Source of the DNA: Fimbriosthenelais zetlandica
Taxonomy: Eukaryota
DNA length: 64,000 bases
Assembly (NCBI GenBank): GCA_977030845.1
Contig: OZ365111.1
Coordinates: 13,764,001-13,828,000, forward strand
Direction of reading: 5' to 3'
The number at the start of each line of letters is the position of its first letter. Position 1 is the first letter of the stretch. Below, in pieces: positions 51,376 to 61,877 of the stretch. The position numbers were made by a program, and so were the translations under genes. The notes below the pieces were generated by a model. The model had not been told where the DNA came from and did no database searches. It saw only the letters and a program-made list of their open reading frames with translations.

Positions 51376-54300
51376 AGTTTGAGGACCTTGTCCTTCCCCC
51401 CGCTAGCCACTCGTTGACCATCAGGACTCCAGTCTACAGCAAACACCTCGTCAGCGTGGCCGGGCAGGTCGTGCAGGAGTTTCTTAGTTTGTATGTCCCA
51501 CACCTTGAGAGTGGAGTCCGCGCTGCCACTACATAATAGACGACTGTCAGCCGACCAGGCTACCTGATAACACTGCTGAACGTGGCCTCTCAACGACGCT
51601 ATGTATCTAAAAGAAAGAGAAAAGAAATTAATATAAATTATTTTTAAAATTTAAAGTAATTTCTCAGAATAAACCGATTTTGATTAGGTAAATATACCTG
51701 GGAAAAAGATAGATGTGAGCTAAATATAATCCAAGATGAACCGACCGGTAATATCTTGAGTCACTCAAGCCATATTCTTACATATATGCTATGTAAGAAT
51801 ATGAACCATGAATTAACATTGAGATTCTTCATAAGGATGTGAATAACAGAGCAAAACCATCGTAAAGAAGAGAAATCTTGCTTAATTAATCTTGAAAAAA
51901 TAGTTCAACAACTATGTACAATTGGAATATGTCTTGTAGGTATAGGATATTGAGTTCTTTTACCCGGCAATTACTTATGGATTTGAAAATCGATTTCCCA
52001 TGGATTTATTTATAATATTTGATAATATACTTACTTTCCAGTGCGGCCATCCCATATTTTGACAGATTTATCAAAGGAAGCGCTGGCCAGGAGTCTGGCA
52101 TCGGGAGAGAAGAGGACCTCGTTGATGAGCTGGGAGTGTCCAGTCATCCTGGCTACGGGTTTCTTATCATTCTCAGGCGTCCATAGAATCAAGGTGAAGT
52201 CGTCAGACCCCGAAACCAGGCGCTCAACGTCATTCTTCTGATCATAAAAACATCAACAATTTTATTGAAAATTTCGAATGGAATAACAGAGAGAAGATTA
52301 AGTATCTAAAATTAGTAAAATCTGACATTAGGATATACGACAGAGCTATAACAGCTATATTTAAACTTTGGTTATGAATTAGATCTGGATTCATAGATTC
52401 ATTCAAAAAGACACCTCATCTGTCTGGTCTGACTGAGGAAAGCACTCCATACATGTTCGATCCACTAATCTAATAGAAAATAATTAGAATGGAGAGGAAA
52501 AGAATAACAAACCTTGGTAGAGTCATATCTTCCTTTTGCCTTCATCTGAAGTTCATCAGCTGAAAAATTCATGATTATTTAATAATGACGTTGAAGTATT
52601 TTTCAAATAATGCTCTTGACAAATGAAAAAATTATTTATATAAATGGCTCAATTAAAACTAAAAGGCATAGTACATCGATGAAAAGTTCTTACGTGTGTC
52701 AGTAACATCTTTGTAAACGATGGATGCCTTGGCTGGATCGAAAGCACCAGTTCTCATAACATAGTCTGTACTTAGAGCTAATGTATTAATCCAATGACCA
52801 TGGCCTTGTAGTGTACGACATAGCATTCCCTAAAGACAGAGGAAGAGACTCAAATTAAACTTGAACCGAAATAATCACCGACTGATTCAGATTATATGTA
52901 CAATGACTTTCAAATCAAAGAACGAATCCTATCCGAGAAAATTGGAACGGCTGGATTTATGTCTCATTTTTCTTTTTAAAAACTTGTTCAGTAAAATCAT
53001 TGTATTGTTTTCTACGATATTTCAAGAACTGTCATAATAAGAAAGAAGCTTACATCGTCAGCTTTCCACACTTTGATGGTCCGGTCCTGTGAGCCTGTAT
53101 ATAGGAGGTTTGTACCTCCCCATTTGATACAAGTCACAGACTGTAAATGTCCAGACAAAACTATTTTACATTGTCCTAAGACTGTGTCCCATATCCTAAC
53201 TGTTGCGTCCTGAAAGAAAACAAAGTTCATGAGATACATTCAACTATGAATAGTGGATATTTAATTACGCAAAGAATATTTTCTATTCCAAAATAAATAA
53301 ATATATTGCGGTTCAATGATTTACTTACTTTTGAAGAGCTTGCTAGTAACCTTGACTCTCCATCTCTGCAGAAGAAATAAGAGATCCATTAGGAAAACAC
53401 AGTTAAAGGCAACAGATTTCCCTGAAAAATTATATCGAATTAGTTTGATTCATAAATTATTTCTGTGTATACTTACAAATGTAGGGGTTTCCAAGCTAAA
53501 GCTGTTATCCATTGTGTATGCCCTGTCAATGTTTTACCTAATTGCTTTCCTGTGCTCGGATCCCAGATACAGATCTAGGAGAGAATGCCACAATATAAGT
53601 CTTGAAAATAGTGTATAGATTTTTGATACTTTGGACAAAAAATATTTTAATAGCGCAGAAAATATCATTATTAGGCCTAGACTCATTCAACACTCACTTG
53701 ACTCTTTTTACATCCAGAAGCTAATTTTTGACCATTTGGAGACCAGGCGATACAGAGAACCCAATGCTGGTGTCCTACAAAGAAAAGAAGCCAATTTGTC
53801 CCAGAAGTTAAACATAATAAAACCATGAGTGAATTGTGCTTATAATAGGCAACATATGAAGCCCACCTTTGCATGTAAACTGTGGAGTTTCCGTGTTCAC
53901 ATCCCAAAACCGAACTGTTGTATCTCCAGATCCGCTAGCCAAATACCTAGAAAAAAATTTAGCCAGTGGTTCGGTTAAAGCGTTTCAACCATAGTGAGAG
54001 TGAAAAGGAGATTCTAAATTGCATCGATATTTTTCCTATGGTACCTAGCATGCCTAGTATCACTGATACACTGGGCGAATATTGAAATTGAAATTTGAAT
54101 GCTACACTATCATACATAGGCTTCAAGGACTGTGACATACCTTCCATCTGGACTGAATGCCACTGATATAACTGCCTCTGCGTGGCCCTCTATTGTACTC
54201 GTACATCTAGTAACAGCTCTCACTTTGAACACAGCTTGAGGTTGATAGAGAATCTCCAAAACATCTTCAGATCCTTCAAGGATCTTTGGATCCAGACTCT

Positions 54301-54748
54301 TGGCAAGGGTTTCAGTAATCTCAGCCTCATTGACAAAGAAGGAATAGGGCGTACTTTCCTCCTGAAAATTTACGGGAAAATCTCTTAAACTTAAACCTTG
54401 AACTTGTTGAACTAAAGTGGACCGGAGAACAAAAATTCGAAAAATATTTTTTAAATTTAGGTCTACTGTGTCTAGTGTAGGCATGTTAGTTACTGTGGGC
54501 ATGTATGATCCCACATAATATTGAAATATAAAATACATGTAGGCCTATAAGAACTTGACTCTCGGACACCAATAACATTTAGTTAAAAGACTTACATTTT
54601 GTAATAAAGCGTTGCAAACAAGCTGCAATTTTTCAGCAGTTATATCAACAGGCAAATCAAACGGAGCTCCAGTTGTTTCACCAGATTCCGATTTAAATAC
54701 ACACAACAATCTCTTGTCGGTTTTCCCGGGTTCCTCAGTATTCTCCAT
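51376..54748 (-). CDS. NLE1: Notchless protein homolog 1 (Rsa4; NLE/UBL domain + WD40 repeats; pre-60S assembly factor)
   Basis: Exons 54748-54596, 54361-54141, 53946-53867, 53774-53698, 53574-53477, 53365-53329, 53209-53054, 52829-52694, 52559-52513, 52237-52035, 51606-51376. All are GT-AG with consistent phases, total 1439 nt (479 codons + 2 nt). Diagnostic peptides: [88 protein letters not shown]. Untranslated exon donor at 55011 (GTGAGT). The terminal few codons were not located. Confidence 0.96.
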
Positions 54749-55010
54749 AGCGGCACAGTTCAAGACAACACCTGAAGAATTTTAGACGAAGTACAGAATA
54801 TAAATTCAAGTTGAGCGTCTAGACTAAATAAATCGCATCTATGATGAAGCAATATCAAAAAGTAAACAAACCCTATTATCGCCCAGGCCAAAGCCGTGAA
54901 AAATAGCATCAACGAAAGAACATGTACTCAACAGTCAAATACCTATATAAATTCAGAAACCTCGAACATAATTAAACAACAAAAACACTAACGGAATGTA
55001 TTTAACTCAC

Positions 55011-55200
55011 TCTGTTCCTATGGGAGAGAAAATAACTTGGAATTTCTGGAGCAAGCTTCTTTCACACGTGCGGCTGCATTAATTCCTCTACAATCCGCTA
55101 GTCGCTGAACTGGCAGCACTTTCCGGTGTCCAACCGGAAGTCAATTTTTAGCCACTTCCGACAAGCATTGGGCTTGTGTGTCCTTGAAGTAAGTAATATT
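55011..55200. promoter_or_regulatory. Bidirectional promoter shared by NLE1 and MRPL18
   Basis: Start codons are 452 bp apart and divergent. ETS/GABP-type motifs ACTTTCCGG 55118-26, CCGGAAGT 55134-41, ACTTCCG 55154-60; E-box CACGTG 55065-70. Confidence 0.7.
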
Positions 55201-58200
55201 ATGGCTTTACGATTGATCCCCAAGGTTTTCCCAACAACGCTGTCTACAGTTTCACACTTCAGTGCATCCAGAGCCTCCAGAGTCCATGGTGCTTTTATTA
55301 CAGGTAAGATTTTATAAATAAATTCGTGCACATTTAAACCGGCGTGGGCGATAATTGATGAATCGGGCTATTAATATTATCGGTAGGCATCAAAATAGGA
55401 CTTCATTCTCCCTTACATTCTTTCAGTATGGCGAGGGACATATAGGCATAGTTCAACAACAGCTGACGATTCAAGGGAAGTGTCAAAAGTGAATAACGAT
55501 GTTGTTAATCCCGAGTTCATAAATAGGAACCCAAGGTAAGCATTTCCTGTTTTTTTTTATTTGCCAGTTTTAGTTTTGCCCATGCTAATACTATTGCTAA
55601 TACTATTCTAATTAATGAATTAATGAATATCCATGGGATAGGCTTGCTAGATAACCACTGATAAGTAGGCATGGGACTTAACTCTAGATCCATTAATTAG
55701 AATTAGCACAAAACATAAATATAACAATGTACTATAAATTTATTGCAGAAACCTGGAAAGAATGGGTATCGCGAGGAAATCCAAGGGCTGGATGTTTCAG
55801 TATCCATCTAAAGCTTTTTACCACAGGTAGGATAACTGATTCCCTTCTATTTAATTACGATAAACTAAATAAATTCTCATTATTCTACAATAGCTGAAAT
55901 ATAAAAATAATATGATATCAGTACGCCTGGGAATAACAGGCTAAAATTCAGGATATTAATTCTGATCAGATTTAAGAGCGCCATTTGCATTTGCAATTAT
56001 GGCCGCCTGAGAACAAACTCTTTACGGTACCAGGACATTTTGGAAAAAGTGAGAAAATCAGGACATTTAGAAAAATGCATAAACGACCAAGATGCTACAG
56101 CTACGCACAATACTAGGCCTTATGCCTACTTAGTACCGTACTATCGGTATTATTTTTATGTCCTTAGATTAAGATTTGAATCCACTAATCGGCACACCAT
56201 GGGATGGGTCGAACATTGTTCTGGACGAACTGTTGTTATTGCTTCAACCAACGAGTTCTCCATTGGCAAACACCTCTATAGGTAAGTTTTCACTATCTTC
56301 ATCATTTAGACATTCTTTATTGATCATATTTTTTTGGATTAACGTATATTGTCAGATCATCTGAATATGCGTTTAGTGCAATGGAGCACGCCCGTGTCTC
56401 CATGGCTATATCACGGGGAGAGGGAGTCATAGTAACTCTAGTGACGTCATGGCGCGTCATTCCAACGCTCTCCGCCTAACTCACACACCGCACTAGAGTT
56501 GGAGAAAAACTTTTTATTGGTTTTTAATAGTTTTTCATCGTCCGAATATGGGCAAAAGAAAGGAAAGGCTTTGTGCGAAGTGTGGCGTACGTCACCCCAA
56601 ACCTACGGGGACCAAATGTACTCGAAATGCGGAGTTTGATCCAGTTTTGGACGCGGATAATCCCAGGTTCACCACCCAGCCTGAGGATTCGGAATCGGTC
56701 GTCTCATTAGGAACTGAGTGTGACGAGAAAGAAGTGGAAGACGGGGGGAAAGAGAAGCGTATGGAGAAGCGATTTGAGACTTTGGAATTATTGGTGCAGA
56801 AAATATCCAAAGTGGTTCTTGAAGATAAAAAGGGGTTACCAGATAGGCCTACGTCAAGTGACTCGTCGCGCAGCTCCAGCCACTCCACCGTCCGACGTTC
56901 CCGTAGGCATAGCCATACTAGGTCTAGAGCTAGGCCTACTCATCATAGATCTCACTCTACCAGCCGCTCTTCTTCTCGTTCCCGTTCAAAGTCAAGATCA
57001 AGGAAAGATAGGAGGAGAAGAAAATACTTCTCACAATCCAGACATCTTGACAGAGGTGAGCAAATCAGCTCTTTCGAACAGTTAATGGTGGCAACTTTTA
57101 AAACTATTCGTGACATGCACGAAGATGGCAAGGCGATTGATGGTATGATTAGTCACGGGCTCACGTTGGCAGAAAAAGCTGCCACAGCCTCATATATGGA
57201 TCGTGCTTTTGTTAGCTACGATGCGGCTGTTAGAAAGAGGGCATCGACCGTCGGATCATCTGCTTTCGGCCAGCCTAACAATGAAGATGTGATCAAATAC
57301 TTCTCGTATGATAACTCCCGTAAAGCATCAGCGTCAGAGAGGGGGATGTCAGAGAAGGGGAAAGCTGCCAACCACAAGAGTTTTAGAACATGTTTTAGGT
57401 TTAATTCTGAAGCCGGGTGTCATGCAAAGCATTGTGTTTATACTCATAGGTGTAGCGGTTGTAAATCAGATGGTCATAGCGTAAAAGATTGCAAAGTGGA
57501 CAAATCCAAAAGCAAATAGGATTCGGCCTGTGAGGGGGAAGTTGGTTGCCTTGCAATCAGGGACCCGGATAAGGTTATGAACTGGTCCCCGGCTTCTCAA
57601 GATGGTTCTCTTGAGGTCCCGTGTGTCGAGGAAACTCCCAGCCCTTCACAGCCTCCACTTTGCATGATCCCGGTAAATGACACTACTGGTAATTGCTTGG
57701 ATAACTTGTTAGTCAGCAAAGAAATTGATGTTAGTTTAGGTAGTGGGTTAACTCCGGAATTTGCCCTTTCTGTACCCGGTATTCATCAAGTTGATGTTGA
57801 CGTTGACACGGTATTATTTACTACTGATGTTTCGCCCGCTGGCGCTTGTATTACTGTTTATAAGGCTTGTGCTCTTGGAATTTGTAAATGTGCATTTAGC
57901 CTAGACGGCATTGTAAGTCAGTTGAAACCTTGTCGCTTTGCGTATTTATTGTATGGTTGTATTAATGATCCATGTTTGCACATAGACATGTTTACTGGCA
58001 TAGTCGATGGTTTTAAGGTTGTTGATACTGATAGTGTTGTTACTGTTAGGGGTTATGACCAGCCCAACTACAAATCAATCTTATCTAATGACAACAAAGG
58101 AAAAATGAGTAAGATTGTTAGCAAGGAGCTAAATGAAGGTTTCATATCTATCAGTGACTCTAAACCGAGATGCATTCACTCACTGGGTGCAGTTCCAAAA

Positions 58201-60809
58201 GGAGATGGGTCAATCAGGCCCATCACGGATTGTTCCCGTCCCGCTGGTTTATCTATTAATGATCATTGCTCCTCCTTGGCTCAAAAATTTTGTTACAATG
58301 GGGTACATTCAGTAGTGGACATCCTCCAACCAAATGAGTTTATGAGTGTAATTGACATCCAGTCAGCGTACAGGTCAGTGCCCATCTATCCCCAGCACAG
58401 AGACTTGTTGGGATTTAGGTGGGAGTACAATGGTGAAGAGTTGTTCTTCAAGGATAACCGTTTATGTTTTGGTATGGCCACAGGCCCATACTATTTCCAC
58501 AGTATATCCTGTTTTGTTGGAGATGTCCTAACCCAGTGCTTTGCCATCCGGAATGTCCATTACTTGGACGATTATATAACTATCTCGGAGTCCCGTGATG
58601 CATCTCTGCGTGCTCAGTTGACTGTGATTAAATTACTGAGATACCTAGGCTTCCATGTATCCTGGAAGAAAGTTACTGCCCCTTCACAATCCGCTACTTA
58701 CTTGGGCATAATTATTGACAGTAGTAAGATGGAACTCCGATTGCCTGATGAAAAAGTGGTGAAAGTAAAGGAATATATATCAAAGTATGTATCAGCCAAA
58801 TATATTTCCAAACATGAACTTGAGAAATTGAACGGCCTACTCTCCCATGCCAGCCAAGTGGTGAAGGGTGGCAGGATTTTCACGAGACGTTGCTACAATA
58901 CATACAAAGATTTAATACACTCCAGAAGGCGACGTGTGAAAATCTCCAATGGGATGAGGGAGGATCTCCAGTGGTGGCATCGCTTTTGTCCCGTATTTAA
59001 TGGCAAAGCAATCATACCTCATGAGGTCCATGACACTTTCTTAGTGACAGATGCATCCTTACGTGGTTTTGCTGCGATCTATGGAGAACAATGGATTGGT
59101 GGTTTCTGGAACAAGTCAGACTGGTGCTTAGCCTATGACGGCTGTGATCATTCAGCCCCCTCACCGGACTTAGATGAAGAGGCTCTTAAGAACATTAATG
59201 TGTTAGAGTTGTGGGCCATTGTCGCTGGTGTGGAACATTGGGGCCATTTGTTTAGAGATAAAATTATCCAGATCTGGACTGATAACCGTCAAGTTATGTG
59301 CATGCTACGAAACAATGCCAGTGTTAATCCCATATGTATGGGTTGGCTGAGACGTCTCTTCTGGTTCGCAATGTTTTACAATCTTCGTTTTGATTCGAAC
59401 TACATCTCTACCCATGACAATGTGGCTGCTGATACCATTTCCCGCCTTGCCTACAGTAACGTCAAACGTTCAATTTCTGAGAAATTACAGCCCTACAAAC
59501 TTTGCTGTGGTGATAAACTCATCTCTGATGTCTATTCCAGGTATGGGGAATTTGGAATCTAAAGTAACCCATCTGCGCCTTCAATCAGTCTCATCGGCAA
59601 CTAGGAGACTTAGAGAGCAGCAGTGGTCATGTTATGTGAAGTTTTGTAGGGTTCACCGCATGGACCCTCTACCCTGCACAACACAAACAATTTGTTGTTT
59701 TATTGCATCACTTTCTGACTCAATGAAGTATTCGTCGATTGTCACATACATTCAAGGCTTGAAATTTTACCATGTGGTGCATGGATTACAGCCACCTGAT
59801 TTAAATCACCCTCACATTAAATCAACTTTAGCTGGTGTGAAGAAGACCCTAGGCTCGGCACAGAGTCAGAAAGAGCCCCTTCTACCATTGCACCTTGTAA
59901 AGATGTCTAAATATGTTAGTTCTTCGGACAGTGTGTTATTTCTGGTGTGGACTGGGTTGCTTTTAATGTTCAGATGCCTACTGAGAGTGGGTAAAGTGGT
60001 GATTTCAGAGCATACCCTGACTAGAGGAGACATTGAATTCACTGACTATGGATTGAGATTAAGAATTCAGTCATCAAATTGCCCATTTAGACATTCTTTA
60101 TTGATCATATTTTTTTGGATTAACGTATATTGTCAGATCATCTGAATATGCGTTTATCTCCCCAAATTTTATGTATAGCAACTAGTGAAAGTAAACGCAA
60201 TATTTGATCTAAAATCTATAAACCTTTATTTAACAGTTTCATTGATGTTTCTGCTGCGGAGAATGTGGGACGGATTTTGGCGGAGCGTTGTCAGAAATCT
60301 GGAATTACTGTCATGTCGAACTTGGAACCAGAACACGGGAACAAATCGGAGAAGGTAAACTAATTCAAGGATTCCTCGGTGTTATTATCTGTAACATTTG
60401 TGATTCTAAAGGAACTTCTATACTAGTGATACACAGTATTATTGGAAATAGCAAGTAGAATTTCTTTTTAAAAAGGCGGTGGCGAATTAAGAGGAATATT
60501 TATCAAGAAGGGTTGTATATATAGGCTTGATTTCTTTGGAATGCAGATATTTGTTTTTTTAAATTAAAACTCTTTTTATTTCTTATTCAGTATTTGGCGT
60601 TTTATGATGCTATAGTAGATGCTGGAATCTCATTAGAAGAACCAGATGAGGTATTGCCGCATTACACGCCAGGAATAAATTACGACGATCAATGGGAAGT
60701 ACAGGATCTAACTCGGAGACAACACAAAGCTAGAAGAAATCCGAGGAGGACAGTTTTCAAGTACGGAGAAAAGAAAAAGAACATCAAAGTAAAAAAATAT
60801 AGAGACTAA
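55201..60809 (+). CDS. MRPL18: Mitochondrial large ribosomal subunit protein uL18m
   Basis: Exons 55201-55303, 55427-55535, 55749-55826, 56168-56281, 60237-60354, 60591-60809 (741 nt, 246 aa), GT-AG with consistent phases. Basic presequence MALRLIPKVF...; signature NPEFINRNPRNLERMG, ASTNEFSIGKHLYS, AAENVGRILAERCQKSGI, DAGISLEEP. AATAAA near 60870. Confidence 0.93.
56303..56375 (+). repeat. Left copy of a perfect 73-bp direct repeat flanking the retroelement
   Basis: CATTTAGACATTCTTTATTGATC...CATCTGAATATGCGTTTA, identical to 60084-60156. Confidence 0.97.
56548..57519 (+). CDS. Gag-like ORF1 of Ngaro/DIRS element
   Basis: 323 aa; N-terminal CAKCGVRHPKPTGTKC knuckle, Arg/Ser-rich middle, C-terminal CFRFN...C...C.YTHRCSGC...GH...DC Cys/His fingers. 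Confidence 0.88.
   Translation: MGKRKERLCAKCGVRHPKPTGTKCTRNAEFDPVLDADNPRFTTQPEDSESVVSLGTECDEKEVEDGGKEKRMEKRFETLELLVQKISKVVLEDKKGLPDRPTSSDSSRSSSHSTVRRSRRHSHTRSRARPTHHRSHSTSRSSSRSRSKSRSRKDRRRRKYFSQSRHLDRGEQISSFEQLMVATFKTIRDMHEDGKAIDGMISHGLTLAEKAATASYMDRAFVSYDAAVRKRASTVGSSAFGQPNNEDVIKYFSYDNSRKASASERGMSEKGKAANHKSFRTCFRFNSEAGCHAKHCVYTHRCSGCKSDGHSVKDCKVDKSKSK
57577..59562 (+). CDS. Reverse transcriptase / RNase H ORF2 of Ngaro/DIRS element
   Basis: 661 aa; RPITDCS, DIQSAY, RLCFGM..GP, YLDD, YLGIIID; RNase H motifs TDAS, NINVLEL, TDN, NVAADTISR. Confidence 0.95.
   Translation: MNWSPASQDGSLEVPCVEETPSPSQPPLCMIPVNDTTGNCLDNLLVSKEIDVSLGSGLTPEFALSVPGIHQVDVDVDTVLFTTDVSPAGACITVYKACALGICKCAFSLDGIVSQLKPCRFAYLLYGCINDPCLHIDMFTGIVDGFKVVDTDSVVTVRGYDQPNYKSILSNDNKGKMSKIVSKELNEGFISISDSKPRCIHSLGAVPKGDGSIRPITDCSRPAGLSINDHCSSLAQKFCYNGVHSVVDILQPNEFMSVIDIQSAYRSVPIYPQHRDLLGFRWEYNGEELFFKDNRLCFGMATGPYYFHSISCFVGDVLTQCFAIRNVHYLDDYITISESRDASLRAQLTVIKLLRYLGFHVSWKKVTAPSQSATYLGIIIDSSKMELRLPDEKVVKVKEYISKYVSAKYISKHELEKLNGLLSHASQVVKGGRIFTRRCYNTYKDLIHSRRRRVKISNGMREDLQWWHRFCPVFNGKAIIPHEVHDTFLVTDASLRGFAAIYGEQWIGGFWNKSDWCLAYDGCDHSAPSPDLDEEALKNINVLELWAIVAGVEHWGHLFRDKIIQIWTDNRQVMCMLRNNASVNPICMGWLRRLFWFAMFYNLRFDSNYISTHDNVAADTISRLAYSNVKRSISEKLQPYKLCCGDKLISDVYSRYGEFGI
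59543..60145 (+). pseudogene. Tyrosine recombinase ORF3, truncated after ~180 aa and running into duplicated host intron
   Basis: ATG at 59543 overlaps the end of ORF2. SAM-like N-terminus (W..YVKFC....PLP), then FRCLLR (first catalytic Arg); it ends at LRIQSS where SKT, HxxR and the catalytic Tyr would follow. The tail RHSLLIIFFWINVYCQII* is encoded by the 73-bp duplication. Confidence 0.88.
60084..60156 (+). repeat. Right copy of the 73-bp direct repeat
   Basis: Identical to 56303-56375. Confidence 0.97.
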
Positions 60810-61613
60810 CATTTCATTTTTCAACTTTAGATTATACATTGTATGTAGCCTAGGTACTGTATGTGAAACAATAAAGGAAATTACTTGAAATATGGATCCG
60901 ACTTCTTTCGACGTTTTCTAATTTGCCGCCTGAACGTAAGGAATATTTTATTTTGAATTTTTTTTTAACTTCCTTTCTATCCAGGCCGCACACACGTCCT
61001 GCCTTTCTATCCAGCAATTTTTTTAGATGAGATTTAGATCTATAGATAACCTATCATAGCATAGACATATTTCCCTTTCTATGTGGTATCTATGTATGTC
61101 TATGCTAGTATGATCAGGCTCGGACGTATTAGCAAAGATAGGCCTACTAATACCGGATAATAAAAGTTGACCGTCCGGTATCGCCCTCGTGACCTATACG
61201 GCAAACGAAGGAACTAAGATTTTTAATCACTTTCGGCTCCATGCGACTACCCAACCACCGGCAACTTGGGGAACGAACGCTCAATGCTAACTCAATGTAG
61301 CCTGACATCCAAGCCTCACGAGGTCCACAGACACAAACAGAACAGTTCTATGGACAGGTTTATGAAACCACCCACATGAACCAAACTTGAAATCCGTCGG
61401 TAGATTTTCATAAAGCAACAGTGGTATGCAGCTCGGAATGTTCAGACGATGTTTGTAGATTTATAGAACCACCTACATGAACCAAAATTGAAATCCTTCG
61501 GTATAGATTTCCATAAAGGATTTATTGCATCCAAAAGAACTGAGCTATTCTGGCTGTAAGCTTATACAAACAGCGAAAGATAAATACCATTAGTATCGTT
61601 GTTATTTAGCCTA

Positions 61614-61877
61614 GCCTACGCCACCATCGGACAGTGAAGAAACTAACTAAATGAGTAAAAGTTACAACCCCACTAGCCGTTGCAACGGACCAAGATGGCC
61701 GCCTACGCCACCATCGGACAGTGAAGAAACTAACTAAATGGGTAAAAGTAACAAACCCACTAGCCGTTGCAACGGACCAAGATGACCGGCTACGCCACCA
61801 TCGGACAGTGAAGAAACTAACTAAATGGGTAAAAGTTACAAACCCACTAGCCGTTGCAACGGTCCAAGATGGCCGCC
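61614..61877. repeat. 87-bp tandem repeat, 3 copies
   Basis: Units start at 61614, 61701, 61788 and differ by a few substitutions; each contains the palindrome CCGTTGCAACGG and CAAGATG(G/A)CCG. Confidence 0.96.

Larger units (their letters stand above)
56376..60083 (+). mobile_element. Young, 3'-truncated Ngaro-like (DIRS-group) tyrosine-recombinase retrotransposon in MRPL18 intron 4
   Basis: gag, RT/RNaseH and YR in order, with no stops or frameshifts inside gag or pol. No methyltransferase domain after RNase H, which favours Ngaro over DIRS1. The 3' split repeats are absent. Confidence 0.92.

Noticed and set aside
55126-55200. TTG/GTG-started N-terminal extension of MRPL18 exon 1 given by the ORF track
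   Set aside because: The region carries the promoter motifs, and the ATG at 55201 already begins a plausible mitochondrial presequence.
56592-57085. Alternative-frame and antisense ORFs overlapping gag
   Set aside because: No motifs; expected as shadows of a low-complexity coding region.
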